Origin: Octopus sinensis
Lineage: Eukaryota
Direction: 5' to 3'
Assembly: GCF_006345805.1 (NCBI RefSeq)
Contig: NC_043019.1
Span: 15,065,360 to 15,129,359, forward strand
Length of the DNA stretch: 64,000 nt
This document shows positions 23,020 to 35,893 of the stretch, in pieces. The number at the start of each line of letters is the position of its first letter. The first letter of the stretch is position 1. Made by a program: the position numbers and the translations under genes. A model generated the notes under the pieces. That model was not told the origin of the DNA. It made no database searches and saw only the letters and a list, made by a program, of their open reading frames with translations.

Positions 23020-23735
23020 TGAGAAATGTTGGACATAAGAAGCATCAGATGTGGTGTGCAAGAGAGACGACTGCGCTGGTATGGTCATGTGCTGTGTGAA
23101 AATATGTCACTCCCTAACAGTGGAAGGAACCCATGGAAGAGGGAGACCCAGGAAGATATGGGATGAGGTGATGAAGCACAACCTTCGAATGTTGATCCTC
23201 ACAGAGGCAATGACAAGATACCAAGACCTCTGGAGATATGCTGTGAATGAGAAGACCCGGCAAGTAAAGTGAGATCACAGCCGTAGTCTATACCAGTGTC
23301 ACATAACCAGCCCATTTAAAAAGTACTTTTGAATCAACGGGTGACACACCATGCTTGAGGGGACCTATTGAGTCAAGTAAAATCTAAAATCAAAACCAAA
23401 ATCTCAATCAGAATCCCAATCAAATTGAAATCAAAAATGGAAATTATAGTTGTGGCCAATGCCAGTGCCACCTGACAGGTCCCCATGCCAGTGACACGTA
23501 AAAAACCACCATCTGAATGGGGTCGACGCCAGTGCTGCCTAACTGGCTCCCGTGCAGGTGGCATGTAAAAAGCACCCACTACACTCTCGGAGTGGTTGGC
23601 ATTAGGAAGGGCATCCAGCTGTAGAAACATTGCAAGATCAAATTGGAGCCTGGCGCAGCCTCCTAGCTTGCCAGTCCCCAGTCAAACCATCCAACCCATG
23701 CCAGCATGGAAAACAGATTTTAAACAATGATGATG
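23020..23735 (+). mobile_element. 5'-truncated RTE-clade LINE (ORF end, long 3' UTR, (GAT)n tail)
   Basis: EMLDIRSIRCGVQERRLRWYGHV...VEGTHGRGRPRKIWDEVMKHNL...WRYAV*. A short duplicate of the start is at about 21560-21600. Confidence 0.85.
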
Positions 23736-24180
23736 ATATGATGGATTCTCCTGTCATGAACAACAAATGAGGATTTAGTAAAACAAAGTGGTAATCATGT
23801 TCTATGGAGACGCATGTGCTTCTTGAGGCCTGTTGGTGCCTTGCAAGTCTTTTTGTGTTGAGGACTCAGATTGCTTGAGTGCTTGTGGGTCATTTGGTTT
23901 GTGTTTCCTGGAGTGGACACCAAGGCTTGCTTTGTTCTGTGTCGCAAAACCACAACGACAGGTGAGGTTTTCATTTAGAGGAGCAGCATTTTGCCAGCCT
24001 GCCTTCATGCTTGCAGGAAGTTGGTCACAATGCTGGAGTCGACTTAGCTCGAATCTTTGAACTGAGAAGAAGCAAGACTGGTGCCAGGTCCTGCGTTCTC
24101 ATGCTTTGTTTACACAGGAAGAAAAGGGTAGGCTGCATTGCTCCATACTGTCTTTTAGTTTGTCTTTGAAGCAAAAGAGT
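23735..24180 (-). mobile_element. Second RTE-type LINE 3' end with C-terminal C2H2 fingers, tail-to-tail with the previous element
   Basis: FKDKLKDSMEQCSLP...RRTWHQSC..VQRFE..RL...LTCRCGFATQNKASLGVHSRKH and, after a frameshift, KTCKAPTGLKKHMRLH*; ends in catcatcat. Confidence 0.7.
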
Positions 24181-25577
24181 TTATGTATTTTCTTTTATTT
24201 TTTTTTTACTTGTTTCATTCATTTCTCTGCAGCCATGCTGGAGCACCACCATAAAGGGTTTTTAGCTGAAGAAATAGACCCCAGAACTTATTCTTTGTAA
24301 GCCTATTAGCATGTCAAGCAAAAGGTTTAGAGGGATCTCGTCTGTCTTTATGTTATGAATTGAAATTCCATGGTCAACTTTGCCTTTCATCCATTTGGGA
24401 TCAATAAATCAAGTACCAGCTGGAAATTGGGTCAATGTAATCAATTTACTCCCTCCCCTGAAACTGCTAGTCTTGTGCCAAATTTTGACACCAAAATACA
24501 TATATGTACACACACAAACACACACACACAGGGTCTTCTTTCAGTTTCTGCCGACCATATCCACTCGTAGGCTTTGGTCATCTCAGGGCTATAGAAGACA
24601 CTTGCCCAAGGTGCTGCACAGAGGGACTGAACCGGAAACCATGTGACTGTAATACAAGCTTTTCAGCCACACACCCATGCCTGTGCTTATCTATTTCTCT
24701 CTCTCTCTCTCTCTCTCTCTGTTAACACACACGCACATACAAAACACACACGCACACACACACACACACAGGGAAAAAAAACTGACAACTTGTTGATCTT
24801 ACACAAAAACATTTGTGAAATTCTTCACTTACCATTCCACCAAGTGGAAACTATTAACTCTCACCACAAAACATTAGAACAGATTATTTCCTTCCATTTG
24901 TCTCCGTTCCAATTATTTGATAGACGAAAGGATTTCTATTTCAACGCCATCTGTTCTTTACCATTTTCTGACGGAAGTAGGGTGCCAGAGTCAGTTTTAG
25001 CAGGCTATCTTTTACAACACATAACTCTAAGCATTCTACAAATGACAAGAATTCTGTTTCAAATATGCTTCACCTCAAAACTACCCTTCCAAAGACTAAA
25101 CAGCTGCCATGCTGCCATAGAAGAAAAGACAGGATGGTGCTGAAGTCTTCATACCAAAAGAGAAAACAAATATGACTCAAAGATTTCATGACTCCATATT
25201 TTGGTTTATCATCATCATCATCATCATCATTGTTTAACATCCGCTTTCCATGCTAGCATGGGTTGGACAATTTGACTGAGGTCTGGCAAACCAGATGGTT
25301 GCACCGGGCTCCAGTCTTGATCTGGCAGGGTTTTCTACAGCTGGATACCCTTCCTAACGCCAACCACTCCGAGAGAAAATTCAACCATTGGAGTTGATAT
25401 AGGTTAATATATAATATGGAGACAAGCATGGATAAGTGGTTGCGAAGCATGCTTCCTAACCACATGGTCTCAGGTTCAATCCACTGTGTGGCATCTTAGG
25501 CAAGTGTCCTTTACTATATAGCTCAGGTTCAAATCAAAACCTTGTGAGTAAAACTGAAAGAAGCCCATCATATATAT

Positions 25578-25625
<48 letters not shown>

Positions 25626-25887
25626 GTTTACCATCTGCTTTCCATGCTGGCATGGGCTGGATGGTTTGACTGAGGACAATCTGATCTGGCAAAGTTTCTA
25701 CAGCTGGATGCCCTTCCTAATGCCAACCACTCCGAGAGTGTAGCGAGTGCTTTTACATGCCACCAGCATGAGGGCCAGTGAAGCAGTTCTGACAACAGCC
25801 ATGCTCAAAAGGTGTTTTTTACGAGCTACCTGCATAGGAACCAGTCTGGCGACACTGGCAACAACCACGCTCGATATATATATATAT

Positions 25888-26920
25888 CCCTTTCGTTACT
25901 ATATTTCTGACCAAATTACACCCTTTATGTGTTTCAATTAATTTCTAACGTAATCATAAATTTAGTCTGGTTTCATTAAACAACTATAACTTTTTTATTT
26001 ATCGATATATTAATCTGATTTTTGGAAGATAATTTAATGAAATATTCTCAACCAATTCTATACTATAATTTTTGTCACAAAGTGACACTATTTGCAGGTA
26101 GATACAGGTAAATTCCACAAAATATAAAATTATTAAAATTTTGTTCAAACATCGCTATAGAAAATATTAGCTAATATTCAATTGGGTATACAACAAAATT
26201 TTACGATAGAATTTGTTATTCTGGGTAACTTTCTGATACCCATAATAATATTTATGGCAAAATAGGCCTTAATTTCATTTAAGGTTGTGGGAAATAACAA
26301 ACTATCCTTTCTTTCGTTTTGTTTACGTTTAGCGTAATGGTTCGTTTTCGCTGTAATGATTTCAAATTGGCTCATTCGAAAAAGTAAATAGAAATAGCCT
26401 AAGGCTCTACCCTTCTGGGAAAGTCTGTGGCTTGGTCCAGTTCTGCAGAAAAATCACCGAAGAAACAGTTTTTAAATTTTCACTCCATTCAGGTGCCAAT
26501 TCGTTTTCTTTATCGCTATCGGAGATCTCAGATTCACTGTTTTCACTTTCGGAAAATGAAACATCAAATTCATTATCAAATACCATGTGCTTTTTTTTCA
26601 GTCATAGAGTTAGATTTATGAAGGTCTTCAGTAGAAAATCCTTCGAATTCTGACTCACTGCTTGATATAATGAAATTCGTATCCATTTTTTCTCAGAATT
26701 ACAAATTTGAAAACACAATAGGAAAAAATTTCGGAAAAAAATCTCCCAAAATTCACGGAATTAAAATTACACTTCGATTATTGTACAAAACTGTAGTTGA
26801 ACTGTTTACGAAGTATAATACGTGTTTTCACGAATGTACTGAAGAGATTTGCTCTGATATTCTCATTTAAATATGAATAGGTAAATTCGGGCGGCTTTGG
26901 GCGGTTTGTTAACGAAAGGG
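25888..26920 (-). mobile_element. Internally deleted piggyBac transposon with transposase N-terminal remnant
   Basis: TIR CCCTTTCGTT at both ends; TTAA at 26921-24. The minus strand encodes an acidic DNEFDVSFSESENSESEISDSDKENE segment and FEIITAKTNHYAK....PTTLNEIKAYFAINIIMGIRKLPRI (piggyBac/PGBD-like). Confidence 0.8.
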
Positions 26921-26924
26921 TTAA

Positions 26925-27540
26925 ACAGGGTGCGATGAGTAAATTATCACCATTTTAGGTTTTTAATTTTGTGCATGTGCATTGTTTGTTTTTGATTTTG
27001 TCACTTACACAGTATAGTAGGGTCAGTTGGGCACTGTCTGTGAGAAAAAAACAGCACCTTGACACAATTCTCTCTGCCAAAAATTTGTGAACAACATACT
27101 GTATTGTTTGGCATTTGCACCGGAAGCTCCAATACGAAAATTTCAGAGTGTTTGGGTGTCAATCTGAGAACATGTACTGAGAGTGATAAAAATAAAACCT
27201 CCTGTCAACATCATGGTGTTTGGAGTGATCACTAGTGGTGGCAACATTATGTCTTCATTCATCTCCCTACATGGCTTCAGAGTCAATACGGAGACATACG
27301 TCAAGTGCCTGGAGGAGGTACGGTTGCCCTGGGTCGAGAGGGTGACTGCTGGAAGACCCTGTGTCTCACAACAGGACTCTGCACCATGCGACACAAGCAG
27401 GAGAACCGAATCATGGCTGTCACATAATTTCTGCCACCACATCTGACCCCTAACATCTGGCCACCTAACTCCCCAGACTGCAACCCCCTTGATTATTATG
27501 TGTAAGGGGCAGTTGAGTGAAAGACCAACAAAACTCCCTA
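26925..27540 (+). pseudogene. Tc1/mariner DD37D (maT-like) transposase remnant
   Basis: IMVFGVIT...QQDSAPC...WPPNSPDCNPLDYYV after removing a 2-nt insertion; 37 residues lie between the second and third Asp. TIR-like cagggtgcg at 26926. Confidence 0.75.
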
Positions 27541-27928
27541 ACTTTATATGCATGTGTGTGTGTGTGTGTCTGTGTCTTTCTGTGTCTTTCTGTGTGTTTG
27601 TCTTTCACCCACCTACTTGGTGTGTTTATGTTCCAGCAGCAGTTCAGCATTAAGAGACTGATAAAATGTCAGGCTTCAAAAAATTAAGTAGTTAGTGATC
27701 ATTTCAGCTAAAATTCTTCACGGCAGTGCCCTAGCATGGCTGCAGTCTAATGACTGAAACAAGCAAAATATAATGTACTTTGTGGAAATCTAACTGCTGT
27801 TTCTAGCAGTCCAAAAGACCACATCATCTCACTGCTTCAGTTTTAAGAAGGCTTGGATTTTGGGTTGTCTTTGTTTTTTCTTTTTACAATCAACAGAAGC
27901 ACGTGGTGAGCAACAACAAGTGATAGTG

Positions 27929-28105
27929 GAGGCGCAATGGCCCAGTGATTAGGGCAGCAGACTCGCGGTCGTCAGAACACAGTTTCGATTCCCAGACCCA
28001 GCATTGTGAGTGTTTATTGAGCAAAACCACCTAAGCTCCATGAGTCTCCGTGGGCGGTGAACCCCGCTGTACTCTTTCACCACAACTTTCTCTCTCTTTC
28101 TTCCT
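27929..28105 (+). mobile_element. SINE family A, 5' portion
   Basis: ggaggcgcaatggcccagtgattagggcagcagactcgcggtcg. Confidence 0.8.
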
Positions 28106-29039
28106 ACATCTGCCACAAAGCAGAGGACCCATGGTGTAACCCACTATGGTGTGATAAACTTTCAGACCCTATTCTAGATCGCGAATCCTCTGTACCCCAG
28201 GATGGTTCAGCTCTCCACCCATTAAAAGCCACCGTTTACGGAATGAAGATAACAACGTAGCTTTCACGCCCGTGTAACCGCCAGTCTATCGCGTGTGGTG
28301 GGTGGATCTTCAAGTTGCCACATGCATTCTTAGGAGCTTAGAGTAAGCTCGAGTTAGAGATTATTCTTTGTGGCTAATGGTGTGAGTCCTGATTGAAGAA
28401 GAAGAAGACAACAATTGATATTCTAATTAAGCATAGGTGCAGGTGTGGCTGCATGTTCTGACTAAAATCTGAGACACCAGACGTAACCTTAAAAAGCAAG
28501 TTATATTTTAATTCTAGCAAAATACACAGAGTAAAGAAATAACCTCCCAGCCATAGCTCACAGCTCAAACAAAAAAGAATACAACTGAAGACATTTTAAA
28601 AATGTTTCACTAACATTTGAGACACCAGATGTAGCCTTAAAAACAAGTAATATTTGAACTGTAGCAAACACTTGGTTTTAAGAGATATAACGCAAGTAAT
28701 ATAAATTATATTACATCATTTGAGTGATTTCTATCTCTTAAAAACCAAAGAGTTCACTTGTGTTAAAGCAAAACTTAGTTCATAGGGCTAAGTATAGCAT
28801 CTCTGGTAGTGTTTTATATGTGTGTGTGTATTGCTGTGATGAAAATATTAGCCCAATTATATATACCAAATAACCGATAAGATTAAGTAGACAAGGCACC
28901 CAATTATACATGTATACATACACAGAAAATATATATGTGTTTATTTATTTATATATTTAATGAAATTCTTCTCAGCCATTTGAGGGTAAAAACTAGGAGA
29001 GAGGAAGAGAAATTTCATACTTTGACTAAGCAATCACTG

Positions 29040-29084
29040 ACTTTGTAAAACACACATGCCAACCACACACATTCAATAATAGAT

Positions 29085-29121
<37 letters not shown>

Positions 29122-29443
29122 CACACACACAAATACAAGGACACAAGGGACATATTTCAAACACACACACACACACACACACACAAGCAGACATACTTGC
29201 AGCAAACAGAAATACACACAAATACATAAATAGACATTTTTCAACACACACACACATTCAATAATAGATATACACACACACACAAATACACACACACACA
29301 AATACACACACACACAAATACACACACTCACACACAAATACAAGCACACAAGGGACATATTTCAAACACACACACACAAGTGGACATACTTGCAGCAAAC
29401 ACAAATACACACACACACACAATACATAAAAATACATTTTTCA

Positions 29444-29491
<48 letters not shown>

Positions 29492-29625
29492 GCTGCAAGC
29501 ACCAACACAAACACACACACACACACACACAAATAACTAAGGCATACTTTTAGCAAGCACATGCATGCTCACATATACACACAACAAGCACAGATACACA
29601 CACACACACACACACACACACACGT
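29040..29625. repeat. (CA)n-derived complex repeat with ~190-bp internal duplication
   Basis: cacaagggacatatttcaaacacac and acatacttgcagcaaac each occur twice. Confidence 0.85.
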
Positions 29626-30063
29626 ACTTGGGGAATGCTGCCTCCCTCCCTCGCCCCTCTCCCCACATATTTCAATATCAAATGGAGAAAAAAAACATTA
29701 AAAATGTCCGATAAAGACTGCTTTTTTCTATAATATTTTCAATTATGGAAGCGGCATGGTGCTTGAGGTGGGGCGGGGCGGTGAGGTGTTGAGCTAATTT
29801 CTGCTGTTGCCGCTGTCTTTCAGAATTAAGGTCTAGACACACACACACACACACACACGCACGCACGAAGAGAGGCATCTGAAGAATTCCAGCAATCATT
29901 CTTGTGGTATTTGTCACAGACACATTTCGTTACACAGTTCCACTATTGTGAAGTTTATCTCAGCGACTGAAAACTCTTTAAGTCGGTCGATTGCTGGCTT
30001 CGGGTTCTACAAGCGAGACAGTTTGGTAAAAGCCATCTTGTTCCATTGGAAGTGGAACAGTCA

Positions 30064-30127
<64 letters not shown>

Positions 30128-30340
30128 GTGCGTGTATGTTTGTGTGTCTATATATAAATACCTACATGTATATGCCTATATATCTATATATATACATATA
30201 AATATACATATATACATATATATACATATATATACATACATATATACATATAAACATATATATATATATATGTATATATATATATGTGTGTATATATATG
30301 TGTATATATATCTATATATATATATATATATGTATATATA

Positions 30341-30830
30341 TAAATAGATGTGTGTATGTGTAAACACATATACATAAGTATACAAACAGACACACACTTA
30401 TAGGCACAGGCATGGTTGTGTGGTAAAAAGCTTACTTCCCAACCACATGGTTCAGGGTTCAATCCCTACTGCTATAGCTTTGGTCTCTTGTGAGTGGATT
30501 TGGTAGATGGAAACTGAAAGAAGCCTGCTGTACATGTATGTATGTGTGAGTGTATGTGTATATATATATATTATATATATGTATATATATAAATAGATGT
30601 GTGTATGTGTAAACACATATACATAGTATACAAACAGACACACACTTATAGGCACAGGCATGGTTGTGTGGTAAAAAGCTTACTTCCCAACCACATGGTT
30701 CAGGGTTCAATCCCTACTGCTATAGCTTTGGTCTCTTGTGAGTGGATTTGGTAGATGGAAACTGAAAGAAGCCTGCTGTACATGTATGTATGTGTGAGTG
30801 TATGTGTATATATATATATATATATATATA
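30341..30830 (+). repeat. Near-identical 248-bp tandem duplication containing a deleted SINE B
   Basis: taggcacaggcatgg at 30401 and 30649. Confidence 0.9.
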
Positions 30831-31081
30831 CAGCACCTTTTAATCTAGCTCCTATGGCAGGCTCATTGTACCCTGGGCTCAATAATAACACTTCATTACT
30901 ATTACTTCCTATTACTCAGAACATCTCAAACAAGGAATCGCTAAGAATCTGAAAAGAAGCACGGGAGTTTAGGACAAAATTAGGAAAAGTGAGACCCCAC
31001 ACCCACCCACCCATGCAAACTAATCCATTATTCAGTCCTATATTTAAGAGATGAGGAATTATCTACATTTCTCTTTCATTT

Positions 31082-31484
31082 CTCTTTTACTTTTACTTGT
31101 TTCAGTCATTTGACTGCGGCCATGCTGGAGCACCGCCTTTAGTCGAGCAAATCGACCCCGGGGACTTATTCTTTATAAGCCCAGTACTTATTCTATCAGT
31201 CTCTTTTTGCCATACCGCTAAGTGACGGGGATGTTAACACACCAGCATCGGTTGTCAAGCAATGCTAGGGGGACAAACACAGACACACAAACATATACAC
31301 ACACATATATATATATATACATATATACGACAGGCTTCTTTCAGTTTCCGTCTACCAAGTCCACTCACAAGGCATTGGTCAGCCCGGGGCTAAAGCAGAA
31401 GACACTTGCCCAAGATGCCACGCGGTGGGACTGAACCCGGAACCATGTGGTTGGTAAGCAAGCTACTTACCACACAGCCACTCC

Positions 31485-31487
<3 letters not shown>
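31082..31487 (-). mobile_element. Full-length SINE family B nested in the tail of an HHR-SINE
   Basis: Complete family B consensus; the HHR-SINE tail is split between 31036-31075 and 31516-31577. Confidence 0.85.
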
Positions 31488-31518
<31 letters not shown>

Positions 31519-31583
31519 ACATTATTTACATTTGACGGATATTTGTCCTCATCTTGTTTGTTGCAAACACAACGTTTCCCCAA

Positions 31584-31629
31584 GACACCTGATGAAGGCT
31601 GGAGGTTATGTCAGCCGAAACATTGTGTT
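31584..31629 (+). ncRNA. Hammerhead motif of the HHR-SINE family inside a fold-back
   Basis: gacac CTGATGA a ggctg gaggttatgt cagcc GAAA c ATT gtgtt. Confidence 0.65.
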
Positions 31630-31894
31630 AACAACAAACAAGATGAGGACAAATGTCCGTCGAATGTAAAATAATGTAATCTATTATTGATTATTGGTGA
31701 TGAGAGAGATCAATACCTACCGGTTGTGGTTGTACTGTAAAACAACAGGGAAAACAGATTATGGCATCGGCCATCTTTCACAGCTCAGGCAAGACCGGAT
31801 ATCACAGTTGAAGCTGGTCACAAGGCTTTGTGACCAGAGCGGGATGCAAGTGTCACACTTCAGCCAGCTACTACCTGCAAAATAAACGAGAAAA

Positions 31895-31936
<42 letters not shown>

Positions 31937-32025
31937 GTAACAGAGAAGAGGGAGAAAATTATTGTAATTAATTTGTATACTTGTATCCCGGTATCACTTT
32001 GATGTCATGCGGTGCTCTCTCACTC

Positions 32026-32064
<39 letters not shown>

Positions 32065-32401
32065 CCTTTCTACTAAAAGAACAAGGCCTGAAATTTAAGG
32101 GAAGGGGCTAATTGATTTCATCAAGGGTTCGTTTGAGAGATACACTGTCATCTGTTGGGATTGATATGTTGATTAGAAAGCATTTTTTTTTCTTGGTGAT
32201 CCCTATCATTATTATTATTGTTATTATTAATATTATTATTAGCATTATTATTATTATTATTATTGAGTGAGAGAGCAGTTCATGCCATCAAAGTGACACT
32301 GGGGTAAAATATACGAAGCCCAATATACCCATCATGACTACCCGTCTGATAAGGGCACACCAGGCACATGCATCACATTATTATTATTATTATTATTATT
32401 A

Positions 32402-32474
<73 letters not shown>

Positions 32475-32509
32475 ATTATTATTATTATTATATTATTATT
32501 ATTATTATT

Positions 32510-33118
32510 CATTCATCCAGTGCCTGAGTATTGCTGAACTATGGGTTTATGTCAATCAGCTACTATCGCGTATAGGACAGATCCAGCTATCAGCTAAATC
32601 CATAGTGAAGATTGCCCTGCCGACCTCCTTTAACTGGGAGGGCAAGGCAATTTTTCTTTGTCTAGTGGCTGTAGCAAAAGAGATGATATGGTGGACCCGT
32701 TTGAAAGGGCTAAGGTCAGACACTTTCCTCTTTGGCCAAGGCCTCATCAACTTTTTCAAGTTTCACTTGAAAAGGAAGATTATTGAAAGGTGGGTGAATG
32801 TCGCAAGAATGGCCAGTATGAACGGACCAATTCTGAGGATACACCTGTGAAAATTAAAAGGAAATATAAAAGGAGAAAGGGGCTCTGTACCCCACTTTTG
32901 ACCAGGCTCCCATGGCTTTTATGGGGTTTTTCCACGAGTAACCTTTCGAAGCGCCTCCCCCTATTGGCAGTTTTAATTGTTACTTATTTTTCGTTGTTAT
33001 CCTGCTTTTGTACACGGACTTTTTCAAACGGACAAAACCCTTTGTAACTTTCGTCCTGTGTTTTGTCCCTTTATGTTTTAATTGATTTTTGTTAGCCCTT
33101 GTGGCCAATAAACGAACA
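32510..33118 (+). mobile_element. 5'-truncated Tx1/L1-like LINE (ORF2 C-terminus and 3' UTR) within (TTA)n
   Basis: Uninterrupted QCLSIAELWVYVNQLLSRIG...LVAVAKEMIWWTRLKG...FFKFHLKRKIIERW...* (to 32850), then AATAAA near 33107 and a (TTA)n tail. Confidence 0.7.
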
Positions 33119-34884
33119 AATTATTATTATTATTGAAAGGCAGTGAGCAGGCAGAACCATTAGTATGCTGGGCAAAATGCTTAAATAAGTATAAGTGCAT
33201 AACTGGTACTTATTTAATCGACCCTGAAAGGATGAAAGGCAAAGTTGACCAAGGCAGAATTTGAACTCAACTTAAAAACAAACGAAATGCCACAACGTGC
33301 TAATGATTCTACAAGACCCCCACCTTTTATAATAATAATAATAATAATAACAATAATAATCCTTTCTGTTATAGGCACAAGGCCTGAAATTTGGAGGGAG
33401 GAGGCTAGTCGATTAGATCAACCCTAGCGTTCAACTGGTACTTATTTCATCGACCCTGAAAGGATGAAAGGCAGAGTTGACCTCAGCAGAATTTGAACTC
33501 AAATTAAAAACAAATGAAAATGCCCAGCGTGCTAACAACTCTGCCAGCTTGCTGCCAAAGAAACAGGACGAATATTGCAAAGCATTTCATCCAATTCTTT
33601 AACAAATTCCACTTTTCTACTGCTCTGAACCAGTCATTTATTCAATCAACCCTAGGGTGACGAAAGGTGAAATCCTGGCCACAGCAGGATTTGAACTCAG
33701 ACTCAGGCAATGAAGAGCAGGAACAAATACTGCAAAGCATTCCATTTGACAAACTTATGGCACCGCCAATCCACCAGCTTAAATGATAAAATCAACAACG
33801 GTGTTTTGACAAATGATAAAGCAATATTGTTTTATGATAATGTCTTGGAAAAGTAAGCTAAAACGGTAAGAAGCGAGACTGGCACCGATTTAGATAGAGA
33901 TCTGAAAGAATTTGAGTTATGTAGGTGAGGAATGTCTCAACTCCAGATTCTTGATTTTGCTGAAAATTAAACTGAAACGCAGCCAATGAATTCTCCGGTA
34001 ATGAAGTCATGAATGGGTGAAAGGTTGGAGCGGGGGTGGGCGTGGGGGTGAGGGGATAAATTAGCCTTGGTATTCGACCGATATCAATTTATCGACCTCT
34101 GGGAGGAAAACGAAAAAAGTGAAACCACCCTCAGCAGGATTCGATCTCAAGGACATGAAAGGATGTATCTACAGAGTGCATGAGGTCTTTTTTTCAATCA
34201 AGGACATGATTATGACCAAGATCGTGTTGGCCTTCTTCCATGGTAGCTTGAGAGAAGTGGGGAGAGGGAGGGGGGAATGAGACAAAATTGTGAAGTCCAT
34301 CATTTTGTTGAGGATATTTACGGGTGCAGGCATGGCTGTGAGGTAAGAAGCTTGCATCCCAACCACATGGTTCTGGGTTCAGTATCACTGCATGGCCCCT
34401 TGGGCAAGTGTCTTTCACTGTAGCCCTGGCTTGACCAAAGCATTGAGTAGATTTGGTAGAGAGAAACTGAAAGAAGCCCATCGTGTGTGCATGTGTGTGT
34501 GTGTATATATATATATATATAGTTCTTTATTGCTCACAGGGGGCTAAACATAGAGGGGACAAACAAGGACAGACAAAAGGATTAAGTCAATTACATCGAC
34601 CTCAGTGCATAACTGGTACTTATTTAATCAACTCTGAAAGGATGAAAGGCAAAGTTGACCTTGGCGGAATTTGAACTAAGAAAGTAATGGCAGACGAAAT
34701 ACCGCTAAGTATTGGGAATGAAATCAGAACGATGAGGTTGGGAAGCAAACTTAAATACACAATCATGCCAGCACGTCACTTCTGCCTGTGCCTCACACAA
34801 ATGTGCCTGTGCCTCTATGGACAATTTGCACAGTATACTTAGATATATGATAATAAAGTAACAAGGTAAACTCATGGAGTTATA

Positions 34885-35600
34885 ATAGTTTCTACCTTAT
34901 ACCCAAAGAACACTTCTACCCAGCATACACTGAAATATAGTAGAAAGGAGGTAAATATTGTGGGATTATATTTTTCTACCTTATGCCCAATGGACACTTT
35001 TACCCAGCATACACTGAAATATAGTAGAAAGGAGGTAAATATTGTGGGATTATATTTTTCTACCTTATGCCCAAATGGACACTTTTACCCAGCATACTCA
35101 GATATATAATAGCAAGGAAGTAATATTGTGGAATTATAATATTTTCTACCTTACACTCATTGAATATGTTTACCCAGCATACTTTGATAGCATGATAGCA
35201 AGGAGGTAAAAATCATACAAGTGTATATTTTACCTTATACCCAATAGACACTTTTACCCAGCATGCCAAGATAATATGACAGCAAGGTAGTGAAACCATA
35301 GAAGTATGTTTTTTACCTTAAACCCAATGGATACTTTTACCCAGCATGCCAAGATAATATGACAGCAAGGTAGTGAAACCATAGAAGTATGTTTTTTACC
35401 TTAAACCCAATGGATACTTTTACCCAGCATACATAGAGAGATGACAGCAAGGAGAGGAAATCATAAAACTATATTGTTTTTACCTTACACCTTATGGACA
35501 CTTTTCTCCACCATATGACAGACAAGGAGGTGAAATCATCAGACTATAATATTTTCTACCTTTAAACCCCCCAGCGGACACATTTATCCAACAGAACTAA
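34885..35600. repeat. ~84-bp tandem satellite, about 9 diverging units
   Basis: tctacctta...acttttacccagcat... at 34891, 34975, 35059 and onward. Confidence 0.9.
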
Positions 35601-35850
35601 ACAACATGACAAGCGGAGGAGTTGAAGCCATACAATACAAATGTCTTCTCAACACAAAAGATACCATCCCAGCATGTTTGATAATAATCACAACAACCAA
35701 GTGAGAAACATTTCCTCTTTCTCAACCGTTTGTCACAAACCAATCTGTTTAAAACACGAAACAGATGAGATTTATATATCAAAACAAACCATCAGGAAAT
35801 GAACCCCCCCCCTTTACTACCGGCTTTATTTATCCTATTTTATTTCTCTA

Positions 35851-35893
<43 letters not shown>

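Noticed and set aside
33985-34060. CCAAT plus GC-box promoter
   Set aside because: Two short motifs between SINEs with no downstream gene evidence.
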